A DNA stretch of 64,000 nucleotides from a virus: the IMG/VR virus record IMGVR_UViG_3300008120_009632, positions 1 through 64,000 of that record. The stretch is one strand, 5' to 3'. Position numbers and translations under genes: made by a program. Below, one piece after another: positions 48,123 to 58,176 of this stretch. Each line of letters opens with the position of its first letter. Position 1 is the stretch's first letter. Below the pieces are notes generated by a model. It worked only from the letters and a program-made list of their open reading frames with translations, was not told the DNA's origin and ran no database searches.

Positions 48123-50477
48123 CTAGTTGTAGTCTGTCCATGCTATAAACATGGTTTTTAGGGTTTCTGGCAATGTAGGGGTTGGTGTTGGTGTTAGAGT
48201 TGCGGTAGGGGTAGGTGTTGAAGAAGATCCTGGTGATTTTGTTGGTGTTGGTGTCAATGTGGCTGTTGGGGTTTGTGTTACTGTTACTGTTGGAGTTGGC
48301 GTTTGGGCTCCAAATAATAATTCACACGAGGCTTTGTAGAGATATTCTGATCCATTACTACCTGATCTTCCACTTGCAGAAAGATAAACCATATCTCCAC
48401 TGCTAGATATTGCAACACCAGTCATATATCTGATTACCGGTTCATTTTGATCTGATAATTGAACCCAAGAATCGCCACCATCTTTGCTAACGATATAAGA
48501 ATAAGTTCCATATCTTATTCCAACTATAGTATTTAAATTATTAGAACATGTTAAATTTCCAGCAAACCCATCTATATATTGTATATTTGTCCAAGTTAAT
48601 CCTCCATCAAGACTTCTCCATATTCCGTTAGCAACATCTGGTCTACCATAACCAGTTCCATTTTCTCTTACAGATACTATCATTTTTGTGCCATCAGAAG
48701 ACACACATCCGCCACTTAAATTAACTACAGGATTTGGTCCTAGAACATATGGTGTCCATGAAAATCCACCATTAGTACTGATGAAAACATGGCCAGCTGA
48801 GAAACTATTTCCAACAGCTAATAGTTTTGAACCATCGCTAGAGCAAGCAATGGAGCTTATTGCAAAAGATACGTCCGACGTTATACTATAAGAAGTCCAA
48901 TTTAGACCATAATCTGTTGTTTTTAAGATGTTTCTATAATTTCTTTCTACCACATATATAGTGCTTCCATCGTCTGATGAGCATATACTAGAAGCTTCTA
49001 TATCAAATCTGGTTGGCGAAGCAACAGAAAATTGGGTTGCTTGATCCCAAGATGCTCCACTATTACTTGATATCCATATATTATCGCTATCATGTATTAC
49101 TCCAATCTGTCCATTTTTAGAGATAAAACATGATATTAAAGAAGATGGCGCTAATATTTTTGTCCATGTTGTTCCTCCGTTAGAACTAATATGAACTCCT
49201 ATCGCGTTGGCATCAGCTGAACTTGAGTTTGCAACTGCAATTAATTTTTGTCCATCAGCAGAACAGGATATGTCTGTCCAATACCCAGCAGTATTTATTA
49301 TTTTTTGAAAATAGTTACAAGCATTGATTATTGGTGAACTTACTGTTGGGGTTGGAGTCGGAGTTGAGGTGGCTGTTGGTGTCGGAGTATTTGTTGCTAT
49401 CGGACACATTAGTAATAAATTATCTCTATTATCATCATTTGGATTATTATAGATAATATTTGAAATTATATATTCACCAGCTATAGGAGTAGTAAAAGGA
49501 TTTAATATATCAGGAGTATTAGACCATACTGCTCCTGAAGTTAATCCAGAAATAGATCCACCAAAAGCAACTTGTTGCCATCCTTCAAAACAAGATGTAT
49601 CTGGGTTAAAAAAAGCAACAGTAGGTGTTGGCGTAGGAGTACATGTAGATGTGGCACTAGGAGTTGGGTTTGCTGCTGATGTTGCTGTTGGGGTTTGTGT
49701 TACCGTTGCTGTTGGAGTTGGTGTTACCGTTGCTGTTGGAGTTGGTGTTACTTGTGGACAATTACTATCAGCAGTTACGAATCCAGAAATGATTTGATCT
49801 TTAACATAGCCTGATACTAGACCATTTTCTTTCACTTTCCATTGTCCAAAAAGACTATCTGAATAAAATGAATCTATCATTTCTAAATTCATTTTCCATA
49901 ACTGATCAATATTATCATAATATATATATGTGTTTAAATTAATATCTAACCAAATATAATAACCAATATATACAAAAGTAAAATCTCGTAATCCACCACT
50001 TGTATATGGAATAGAACAACCGTATATTCTAAATGGATATGGAGTGTCATTATTACATTCTTCAATATCTTGATGACGTGTTTTATTTACTATATTAGTA
50101 TCTATAGATTTACTATATTGATTTTTATTCATAGAATAAACTATAGATAATTTTTGTTTACATAATCTGTAAAGAGATGTTTGCGGCCATCCGTTGCTAA
50201 AGTCACCAGTTTCTAAATTAAATTGATTTGTTCTTATAGCTTCTGCTATTTTATTTATATATATAGATCTAGCTTCATTAATTCCATTCTCTTTAAAATT
50301 AAATTTTTTGTTTTGATTTAGTACTGGATCAAACTCTATTTTTTCTTCTCCATATTCTGAATATTTTTCATTATATGTTTTTTGATATTGTTTAGATAAT
50401 ATTGGTTTATCATTGATACCTGTATTTAATATTACTCCTGAAATCTCTGTAGTTTTAGGATTAAAAATATGTGACAT
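48123..50477 (-). CDS. BNR/Asp-box beta-propeller protein with Pro-Thr linkers
   Basis: Repeated S.NGGxTW / S.DGG.TW Asp boxes and CSxDG blades; several (TP)n tracts. Confidence 0.8.
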   Translation of the reverse strand: MSHIFNPKTTEISGVILNTGINDKPILSKQYQKTYNEKYSEYGEEKIEFDPVLNQNKKFNFKENGINEARSIYINKIAEAIRTNQFNLETGDFSNGWPQTSLYRLCKQKLSIVYSMNKNQYSKSIDTNIVNKTRHQDIEECNNDTPYPFRIYGCSIPYTSGGLRDFTFVYIGYYIWLDINLNTYIYYDNIDQLWKMNLEMIDSFYSDSLFGQWKVKENGLVSGYVKDQIISGFVTADSNCPQVTPTPTATVTPTPTATVTQTPTATSAANPTPSATSTCTPTPTPTVAFFNPDTSCFEGWQQVAFGGSISGLTSGAVWSNTPDILNPFTTPIAGEYIISNIIYNNPNDDNRDNLLLMCPIATNTPTPTATSTPTPTPTVSSPIINACNYFQKIINTAGYWTDISCSADGQKLIAVANSSSADANAIGVHISSNGGTTWTKILAPSSLISCFISKNGQIGVIHDSDNIWISSNSGASWDQATQFSVASPTRFDIEASSICSSDDGSTIYVVERNYRNILKTTDYGLNWTSYSITSDVSFAISSIACSSDGSKLLAVGNSFSAGHVFISTNGGFSWTPYVLGPNPVVNLSGGCVSSDGTKMIVSVRENGTGYGRPDVANGIWRSLDGGLTWTNIQYIDGFAGNLTCSNNLNTIVGIRYGTYSYIVSKDGGDSWVQLSDQNEPVIRYMTGVAISSSGDMVYLSASGRSGSNGSEYLYKASCELLFGAQTPTPTVTVTQTPTATLTPTPTKSPGSSSTPTPTATLTPTPTPTLPETLKTMFIAWTDYN

Positions 50478-50501
50478 TATAATAACCTTTATTTTATATT
50501 A

Positions 50502-53441
50502 TTAAGTATTTAAAATAATACCATGACCAGTACTTGTTGCGGTTACCCATCCAGGGAGACTATTACTCTGAGTAGCATAAGTCCAATAATTAGCTGTTGT
50601 GTTATTAGAGTTAGTTCCAGCATAATATGCCGCTTTATACCATTCATTTTCATCAGGAATAAAGTAAAGAGCACAATTTGACCTGAGCCAGCCACTAACG
50701 CTGCTATCAAACGAGGATCCATTATTATCAAATTGATAAACTCCACTTTGTTGATATTTCCATCCATTCTGTTTATTATTATGCAACCAATTGATATATC
50801 TACAAGCCATTTTTCTATTAATAAATCTCACAGGCTTGTATAACATATTTGTTTGTTCTGTAAAAACATATGGATTTGCTATAGTGCCGCTACCTGATCT
50901 ATTTATACCACCATAGCATCCACTCATGTATGGATGATATACCCATTCTACAACAGTTGGAGAAGTATTACTTTGTCCATCTATTCCTGTGGTCGCAGTA
51001 CTATTTAAAAATTGAGTGTATTCTGAATTATTTACTGGATAAATACCAATTTGGTATGAATAATTAACAGAACCATATCCTGTGTCAGGATCACTATTAT
51101 TTCCTGTTGGTGGAGAACCTATATCAGTTATTGGTATCATTCCACTAAAATTATATGGATTAGTATATGACCCTACTCTAAATCCAATATAATCATCATA
51201 TTGATTATTGGTGTCAGTGTCAAATGAGAATCTTGCATATTTTCCAATAATAGTACTATTAAACGAACCTCCTCTATAAATATATCCACTACTTTGACTT
51301 ATAGAATTTGTAATATAACATACTTCTAAAATATTTCCATCTTGGTCATAAGTTCCATAAGAACTTGGACCACCATTCGTTCCTACTCTAGTAACGCTAG
51401 CAAATCTTCTTAACTCTGGAGGTTTGCCAGGACAATCAGAACTACAATATCCCCAAATAGACCTATTGTTATAGTTTGCATAATTTTGATAAGCATTATC
51501 ACAACTTTCTGCACACCTAACAGCGACATAGTTTGATACACTATAAGGAATATCTATTCTAGATAGTGTTACTTTAGCAATAGCATTACTATTATTATTT
51601 AATGCTAATAAAGAAGTGATTCTATTAGGACTACCGCTAGCTCCACCAAATGATACTCTACCACTATTAGGCATAAATATTACATCTTCAGTGCTTGAAG
51701 ACAGAGTAAAGGAATATATTTTTCCAGGTTGAGGGTCTGTTACATTCATTACTAATGGGACATATTGATCACATAGTCCACCGCTAATGTTAATAATATT
51801 TTGAGATAGTGGTGACTGAAATGCTATTCCAGCTTTATCTAATTGAGAAATAGTTGGCAATAAATTTTGATCTAAAGATATTCTTAAAGAATCATTACAA
51901 CCAGGACAATAATCAGTAGATATGTCTAAATTTAAAGTATTATAAATATCTATATCTTTATAGATTCTAAGCTCATCTTGTTCTAGATGGTTATAGTCTA
52001 AATTAGTATTAAATATAATTGTTCCATATATATCATTTGGTTTAAATTTTAAAATAGCATTAAGATAATAGTTGTCAGATGATGCAATAAAGGAACCGGA
52101 GAGTGGTTCTATTCTACTAGGCCAATTTGATCCTTCTGAAGAAAATCCATAAAAATATTTTTGTCCAATATTTAGATTTGATATCTTAGCTTTTATTGGA
52201 AAAATATAATTACCAGATGATGCATTTTCTAGATTCTCTAATTGAACTGATGGACAGTAATTCTGTGATAAAGCATAGTTATATTTATTATATGAATTAG
52301 CATCAATAGAATTTTCTATAAGATATTTCATATCTTTTTTATTTATAAAACTATTGATAATATCATTACCAGTAATGATCAATGGAATAGTTTGTTCTAC
52401 TGATGCTTGATATTCTGAAGATATGACATTTCCAGTTAAATCACATATTACGGCTGTTGGATCTTCATCACTTTTATTACCATATTTCCAATACTTGTTA
52501 TTTAATACATCATAATATGCAGCTTTATACCATTCGTTCTCGCTTGGTAAGAAATATTTTGCTGTATCTTGTCTGTAGCATCCAGATACAGTTATGGGAT
52601 TAGTATATAATGAAGCTATATCATACGATCCTGATGTGATACTTAGAATATCCGACTGTTGGTCATTTGTAAGCCAATTGCAATATTGTGCTGCCATTAT
52701 CCATTTAATAAATGTAACTGGTTTATTACCAAAATTATTTTTTACAGAATATAGGAATCCTACATCATTGCAACTGTTAAAGGCGATGCCTCCAACTGGC
52801 GACTCATTCATTCTTTCATCGTATATCTGATATTTTTTTGATCCGGATGGGTCTATTATATTTAAATAATTACAATATTCTGTATTAGTAACTAATTGAT
52901 CTTGTATATTATATAAATAATTAACCTGACCTAATTTAGAATCTAAACCATATTCACAATTATCTGGAGTATTTCCAGTATCTGATATAGTTGTATATAT
53001 ACTATTTGAATTTAATGGTTTTGCTGTATTAGATGATTCATTATTAGCAACTCTAAATCCTATGCATCCATAATCTAGCATTGAAAAAATATCAAAATGC
53101 TTACTGTGCTCTTTGCTTAAATTAGCTGGATCTGTATCAGCAAAACATCCACCTCTTAATATTTTTAGATTATTGTTTTTTTGAGATAATCCAGATTTAA
53201 ATAATGATGACGTGGATGGTGGCAATTCAGAGAATGGGCAAGAATCAGTCCATTGATATAGTTGTCCAGCCATATCATATATTGAGTATGCTGATGAATC
53301 TCCATTAGATCCTGTAACCGTAACATTACCATTGATAGAATTATTCCAGTTGGCTAATTTTTTATAATTAGCAGTAGTAGTACTAGAATTTTTAGGTTCT
53401 ATATTAATTACTAATTCTATATTAGAGTATATATTATTCAT
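50502..53441 (-). CDS. protein with two circularly permuted FGE-sulfatase (CLec-fold) domains flanking Ig-like modules
   Basis: Two sets of DxxGN/Q..E/QW, RGG, IGFRV, VTN/VNN..Y, KPV, NWL, P.ENEWYKAAYY. Confidence 0.8.
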   Translation of the reverse strand: MNNIYSNIELVINIEPKNSSTTTANYKKLANWNNSINGNVTVTGSNGDSSAYSIYDMAGQLYQWTDSCPFSELPPSTSSLFKSGLSQKNNNLKILRGGCFADTDPANLSKEHSKHFDIFSMLDYGCIGFRVANNESSNTAKPLNSNSIYTTISDTGNTPDNCEYGLDSKLGQVNYLYNIQDQLVTNTEYCNYLNIIDPSGSKKYQIYDERMNESPVGGIAFNSCNDVGFLYSVKNNFGNKPVTFIKWIMAAQYCNWLTNDQQSDILSITSGSYDIASLYTNPITVSGCYRQDTAKYFLPSENEWYKAAYYDVLNNKYWKYGNKSDEDPTAVICDLTGNVISSEYQASVEQTIPLIITGNDIINSFINKKDMKYLIENSIDANSYNKYNYALSQNYCPSVQLENLENASSGNYIFPIKAKISNLNIGQKYFYGFSSEGSNWPSRIEPLSGSFIASSDNYYLNAILKFKPNDIYGTIIFNTNLDYNHLEQDELRIYKDIDIYNTLNLDISTDYCPGCNDSLRISLDQNLLPTISQLDKAGIAFQSPLSQNIINISGGLCDQYVPLVMNVTDPQPGKIYSFTLSSSTEDVIFMPNSGRVSFGGASGSPNRITSLLALNNNSNAIAKVTLSRIDIPYSVSNYVAVRCAESCDNAYQNYANYNNRSIWGYCSSDCPGKPPELRRFASVTRVGTNGGPSSYGTYDQDGNILEVCYITNSISQSSGYIYRGGSFNSTIIGKYARFSFDTDTNNQYDDYIGFRVGSYTNPYNFSGMIPITDIGSPPTGNNSDPDTGYGSVNYSYQIGIYPVNNSEYTQFLNSTATTGIDGQSNTSPTVVEWVYHPYMSGCYGGINRSGSGTIANPYVFTEQTNMLYKPVRFINRKMACRYINWLHNNKQNGWKYQQSGVYQFDNNGSSFDSSVSGWLRSNCALYFIPDENEWYKAAYYAGTNSNNTTANYWTYATQSNSLPGWVTATSTGHGIILNT

Positions 53442-53444
53442 AGT

Positions 53445-55700
53445 TTATGCCGGGGTTGATGATGGAGTTGGCGTTAATGTTGGTGTTGGCGTTGCTTTTA
53501 ATAAATTAGCATTCTGTCCTCGGACAGCATCCGCACAAAATTCAAAGATGCTAGATATCGTAGTATTATTATGAGACATAATAGTTCCAGATAACGGATA
53601 TATAGAGCATGCTTGGTTTGCATCTTTAAGTCTATAATAGTATGTAACATTATACTTATCCAGATCAGGCAATCCAGACAGAGATATATCTATTTGTTTG
53701 ATTAGACTACCGCTACCGGATACTGGAATAGTATGAGTATCAGTATTGATATCTATAGATAATGGCTCACTATAAATTAAATTAGAACTATTTGAAACAT
53801 AGATATTTAAACAATCTTTAGATGTATTAATAGATTTTATACAATTATCATTGTATTCAGAATATTCAAATATAATATCTTCTAATAATGCTTCCAGCTC
53901 TTTCTGTTTAATAGTATCTGATGAGTATTGTTTGATATCTTTCTTAGTTACATTTATTGCAGTAGTGTAAGCTACATGACTATTATCTGTTACTAAATTT
54001 TTAATATCACTACCATCTAAAGATAAAGACTTAATTTTTTGGATCAGATATTGAGATAAATACGGTGTTTTTGATTTATGTATTAATGGTAATTTTAGAG
54101 GTAATTTTGCATCCGCATTTGTTATAAAGTAATATGATTTTCCGGGATCTAATGATGTTAATGTAGATTTATTATTAGGTATAGTATGATTACCACTAGA
54201 AGTCGTATTAAAAAATATAGTATTATTTGAAGTAGAATAGATAGTTGAAATATTATTTATGAAGTTATTCCAATCTTTAACAATTTCATTATTATGACTA
54301 AGTCCAGTAGGGGCGGACAACAATGATAAATTTCCCATAGCATATGCAGGATATTCTTTAATACTATATATTTTATCCAAAATTTCTGGATCACATACTG
54401 GTTCTTTTGATGGTGTTATAGAGATTGTCGGTGTAACTGTTGGAGTCCTTGTCGGAGTCTTTGTTATTGTAGGAGTAACCGTTGGAGTTCTAGTTGGTGT
54501 TTTTGTTGGTGTTGCTGTTTGTGTTCTGGTTAGTGTTATTGTTGGGGTTATTGTAACAGTGGGAGTAGGGGTTTTTGTCGGGGTTTTTGTTGGAGTTTGA
54601 GAGATTGTTGGTGTTATTGTTATAGTATTAGTGATTGTTGGAGTTACCGTTGGAGTAGTACTAATAGTAGGAGTCAAACTATTAGTTGGAGTAACCGTTT
54701 GTGTTGGTGTTGGAGTTTGACTAGCCCCAATACTTTGAGTTGGTGTGGGAGTTGGAGTTGTGGTAGAGGTTACAGATACTGTTGGAGTTGGAGTTGGTGT
54801 TGGATCTTGATTTGTGACACCACCATCTCCTATACTGCTATCAAAAGGGACACAACCAGTAGACCCAACCGGACAAGGTACGGTATCTGTTTGAGTGGCA
54901 TAAGTCCAATATTTTGGTACAGAACTATCATAAAAAGCTGCTTTATACCATTCATTAATTGTTGGTATTGCATAGATGGCATCTATATTTCTAGTAAAAA
55001 TAGAATTATTAATTATAGTATATGCACCAGAATTAATATCACTAGCAGATCCATTGTGTAGCCAATTACACATTCTAGCAGCACTAATAAAGGATACATA
55101 ATTAACTGGTTTATTTTGAAAATTTGTTTTTGTAACATACTTCGATCCTGACGGATTAGTTGTAACAAAATTTATTCCACCTCTTGGATTATTATTTCCA
55201 TTTAATAATTTAGACATCAAATTAGAATATAGTCCATAAGTATTTAATCCATTGGGATCGACAGCATTTAGAAAGGCCGCATATTGACTATTCGTAACAG
55301 GTTCGATCATTATCCTATAGTTATAAGCTACGGATCCATATCCTGTTCTACTGTCATTACTATTGTTGATATCAGGAATATCTACACAAGAAAGAAAACT
55401 ATTTAATACTGTAAAACTAACAAGTCGAAAACCAATATTATTTGATAATGTTGAATAATTAATAGTATTTTTACCATAACACGATAATGAATCACTATTT
55501 GTATTCCATGATCCTCCAAAAATATCAGAATATATTAAACTATCAATATCATTTAAGGATTCTAGCCATTCCCATACATTACCAGACTGATCTAATGTTC
55601 CATATGAGCTTGGCATACCATTAGTACCAACGGATGTAACATTACCATTAACTCCGTTCCATACTGCTTCACTATTATAGTTAGCGCTATTATAGGACAT
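53445..55700 (-). CDS. protein with an N-terminal circularly permuted FGE-sulfatase domain and long Pro-Thr linker
   Basis: [56 protein letters not shown]; about 130-aa TP tract. Confidence 0.8.
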   Translation of the reverse strand: MSYNSANYNSEAVWNGVNGNVTSVGTNGMPSSYGTLDQSGNVWEWLESLNDIDSLIYSDIFGGSWNTNSDSLSCYGKNTINYSTLSNNIGFRLVSFTVLNSFLSCVDIPDINNSNDSRTGYGSVAYNYRIMIEPVTNSQYAAFLNAVDPNGLNTYGLYSNLMSKLLNGNNNPRGGINFVTTNPSGSKYVTKTNFQNKPVNYVSFISAARMCNWLHNGSASDINSGAYTIINNSIFTRNIDAIYAIPTINEWYKAAFYDSSVPKYWTYATQTDTVPCPVGSTGCVPFDSSIGDGGVTNQDPTPTPTPTVSVTSTTTPTPTPTQSIGASQTPTPTQTVTPTNSLTPTISTTPTVTPTITNTITITPTISQTPTKTPTKTPTPTVTITPTITLTRTQTATPTKTPTRTPTVTPTITKTPTRTPTVTPTISITPSKEPVCDPEILDKIYSIKEYPAYAMGNLSLLSAPTGLSHNNEIVKDWNNFINNISTIYSTSNNTIFFNTTSSGNHTIPNNKSTLTSLDPGKSYYFITNADAKLPLKLPLIHKSKTPYLSQYLIQKIKSLSLDGSDIKNLVTDNSHVAYTTAINVTKKDIKQYSSDTIKQKELEALLEDIIFEYSEYNDNCIKSINTSKDCLNIYVSNSSNLIYSEPLSIDINTDTHTIPVSGSGSLIKQIDISLSGLPDLDKYNVTYYYRLKDANQACSIYPLSGTIMSHNNTTISSIFEFCADAVRGQNANLLKATPTPTLTPTPSSTPA

Positions 55701-55712
55701 AAAATTTCCCTA

Positions 55713-57368
55713 CTATGTTGGTAATGTTGGTATTTTGTTTGGACATCTTAATATGATATTATCAACTGCATAAATATTAGTAGTTGGATCGGAGACTACT
55801 AACCTTACAGTGGTTCCAGGTCTATTATTAAGGTTGTAAACTGCTCCTATTTTACCTACGCCATTTCCAAAGGATATAGTGCCAGATAGTGGTGTTATAG
55901 ATACTAAACTATTACTATTATAAAATCTATAGTTATATTGTTTACCACAACAAGCTCCACTAACAGTAGCCATAAGAATTTGATCTTTATTACAGCATAG
56001 AGTATCTGATAAGTTAATCTCAGATCCTGGTCTATTATTTTCTGTTAATCCTCCTGATGGATAGATATTATCAGTATTATCAAATTTAATATATAGACTG
56101 TCAATACAATCTTCATTTCGAGATTCTATATTCCCTTGAATAACAATAGATTCTCTATAAATATTATTTGAAGATTCATTAACAGATAAAGTTAGAATCG
56201 TATAAATATTTTGATCAATAAATTTTTCAGTATAAAAAGGTTCTAAATTATATTGTAGATTAGGCCAAGAGTCAAACGGATTGTAGACTGTTGACATAGA
56301 AAAATTTGTTTCTATTACACCTGTCCCATATATCATTTGTGATTCATTATCTTCATACATGCTTTTTGGTCTGATAGTTTGTGATTTAGGTAAAATCTTG
56401 CACGGCCAATTGCTCCCAGCAGAAAAAAATCCGTATGTATAGGTTTTTGAAGGATCTAATCCAGAATAGTTTATATATATTGGCATAGTTCCGCTGCAAT
56501 ATACTCCACTAACCGATGCAAAACTACCTAGAATATTAGATAATTTAAAAATTGGAGTTTTTCTTGTTGTATTAGGTAAACATTCATTACACTTAATATT
56601 TATTTGATCATTAAATAATAGATTCATATCTTCTGAATATAAGGATATATTCAATACCGTAAAAATATTTTTATAGTAAAAATTACTATTTGTATCTATA
56701 TTTGAATCATACGGAATACTATTAAGATAGTTATCTCCACTTGGATAATAACTAAATAAAGATTTTATAATACCACTAGTAAACCCAGAAGGATTGGTGG
56801 TATTTGATCCTTGTAGATATCCGGATAAAGAAGATAATTTTGCTGGCCAATTAGAATATACTGGTATTATTTCATAAAAATATGTTTTAGATGGATATAT
56901 ATTATCTATTTGTAAATTGATATCATATGTATATTCATTACTAAGTTCTATATTTTGATATGATTTATCTATAGTATTTGGTTTTCCATAACATGAATAC
57001 GATAGATTGCACTCATGATCATGACGATGACAATCATGATTATTTAAAAATTCTTCTGAATCAATATTTTTAGGAATAGTCAAAGGCAAATTTTCTTCTG
57101 ATATTAATACTATATAATATGTTTTATTTGGATCTAGACTACTTAATGTACTACCTCTATCTGGCTCTCTCTGCGTAGTTGATGGTATAATCTTAGTAAA
57201 AAAAACAGGAATTGTTCCATCAAATTTAGTTTGACCATAAACATATAGTATGCTATTAATAAACTTATTATATTCTGATTTACCTTTAGAATCCTGTGGA
57301 CTATTAAATAAATCAAATGATGTCTCGCCATCATATTTAAATATTGCAGTTTTAGAATATATGATCAT
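55713..57368 (-). CDS. hypothetical protein built from repeated Ig/FN3-like modules
   Basis: Three units of Y.Y....SNWP....SG / PLSG, shared with the two neighbouring FGE-domain genes. Confidence 0.65.
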   Translation of the reverse strand: MIIYSKTAIFKYDGETSFDLFNSPQDSKGKSEYNKFINSILYVYGQTKFDGTIPVFFTKIIPSTTQREPDRGSTLSSLDPNKTYYIVLISEENLPLTIPKNIDSEEFLNNHDCHRHDHECNLSYSCYGKPNTIDKSYQNIELSNEYTYDINLQIDNIYPSKTYFYEIIPVYSNWPAKLSSLSGYLQGSNTTNPSGFTSGIIKSLFSYYPSGDNYLNSIPYDSNIDTNSNFYYKNIFTVLNISLYSEDMNLLFNDQINIKCNECLPNTTRKTPIFKLSNILGSFASVSGVYCSGTMPIYINYSGLDPSKTYTYGFFSAGSNWPCKILPKSQTIRPKSMYEDNESQMIYGTGVIETNFSMSTVYNPFDSWPNLQYNLEPFYTEKFIDQNIYTILTLSVNESSNNIYRESIVIQGNIESRNEDCIDSLYIKFDNTDNIYPSGGLTENNRPGSEINLSDTLCCNKDQILMATVSGACCGKQYNYRFYNSNSLVSITPLSGTISFGNGVGKIGAVYNLNNRPGTTVRLVVSDPTTNIYAVDNIILRCPNKIPTLPT

Positions 57369-57409
57369 AATACGGCTAATATCCCACTAGAGAGTTATTC
57401 CTGATATTG

Positions 57410-57420
57410 ATTTATACACC
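57410..57420 (-). promoter_or_regulatory. candidate phage promoter motif GGTGTATAAAT
   Basis: Spans the GGT GTA TAA end of ORF 57412-57780, about 40 nt upstream of ORF 57368. Confidence 0.5.
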
Positions 57421-57780
57421 AGTAACACTATCTATGTAATTAGCGCAAGCTATTCCAGAATAATGCTCACCGGGAATTAAATTATCAATATTGATATTAA
57501 CAGAATATTTATTATTTTGTTGTATTCCAAAATCAATTATACAATTATTTGAACAGGAGCACCTTTCATTAGCGTATAAGAAATACGTTTCAGTTTTATC
57601 TGTTCTAGTATTAGTTAATTGTATTTCTACAATAACAGCATCTGATCCCGATGGCTTAATAATATCAAAAGCTAAATTCTGACGTCCTGTCCCAAAACAT
57701 CTTTCATCTTTATGAGAGTTTTGCCCTGGACAAAAAAATAAGAATTCATTTGGCTCTACTAATAAGCAGTCTTTAGTCAT
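57412..57780 (-). CDS. hypothetical Cys-containing protein
   Basis: 122-aa ORF; INIDNLIPGEHY resembles the neighbouring module. Confidence 0.6.
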   Translation of the reverse strand: MTKDCLLVEPNEFLFFCPGQNSHKDERCFGTGRQNLAFDIIKPSGSDAVIVEIQLTNTRTDKTETYFLYANERCSCSNNCIIDFGIQQNNKYSVNINIDNLIPGEHYSGIACANYIDSVTGV

Positions 57781-57782
57781 TG

Positions 57783-58103
57783 TTATTTATTTTCTATCTT
57801 TTCTTCCAGAGCTTCTAGTGTCTTTCCCAATGTTGCTAACTGTACTTTAAGATCATTCATAACATCGCTATTTCTTTGTAAAGCATTAGCAAATGCTGCT
57901 TGTGTTTCTTTATTAATAGCTAGCCTTTCCATAATAAATTGCTTATCTTGTAAATAAGGAGAGTCATTTTTAACCATTTCTGAAATTTCTTCTCTGGATA
58001 CAATTTTTCTCCCTATTCCAACCCAAAATCCTATCAGAGTAACTATTATACCTAAACTAACAGTTGCGAGTGATTGCCAGAAATGGGTAATTGGTTCAGA
58101 CAT
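57783..58103 (-). CDS. single-TM coiled-coil protein
   Basis: TM segment LATVSLGIIVTLIGFWVGIG followed by coiled coil; SD GGAG favours ATG 58103. Confidence 0.65.
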   Translation of the reverse strand: MSEPITHFWQSLATVSLGIIVTLIGFWVGIGRKIVSREEISEMVKNDSPYLQDKQFIMERLAINKETQAAFANALQRNSDVMNDLKVQLATLGKTLEALEEKIENK

Positions 58104-58118
58104 ATTATGGTTCTCCAT

Positions 58119-58149
58119 AAAAAAATAAGCCAGATCTCTCTGGCTTATT
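58119..58149 (-). terminator. intrinsic terminator
   Basis: 11-bp stem AATAAGCCAGA / TCTGGCTTATT with 4-nt loop and a T-run on the minus strand. Confidence 0.75.
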
Positions 58150-58156
58150 ATACACT
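58146..58156 (-). promoter_or_regulatory. candidate phage promoter motif AGTGTATAATA overlapping the terminator
   Basis: One-mismatch variant of the recurring motif. Confidence 0.45.
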
Positions 58157-58176
58157 ATAAATATAGTTATATTTGA

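Noticed and set aside
48170-54805. CRISPR-like or non-coding repeat arrays in the GTTGGxGT-rich tracts
   Set aside because: The repeats are in-frame Thr-Pro codons inside long ORFs, with no constant repeat / unique spacer structure.
50502-55700. Diversity-generating retroelement targeting the CLec/FGE domains
   Set aside because: No reverse transcriptase and no near-identical TR/VR pair differing at adenines was seen in this window. It cannot be excluded elsewhere in the genome.
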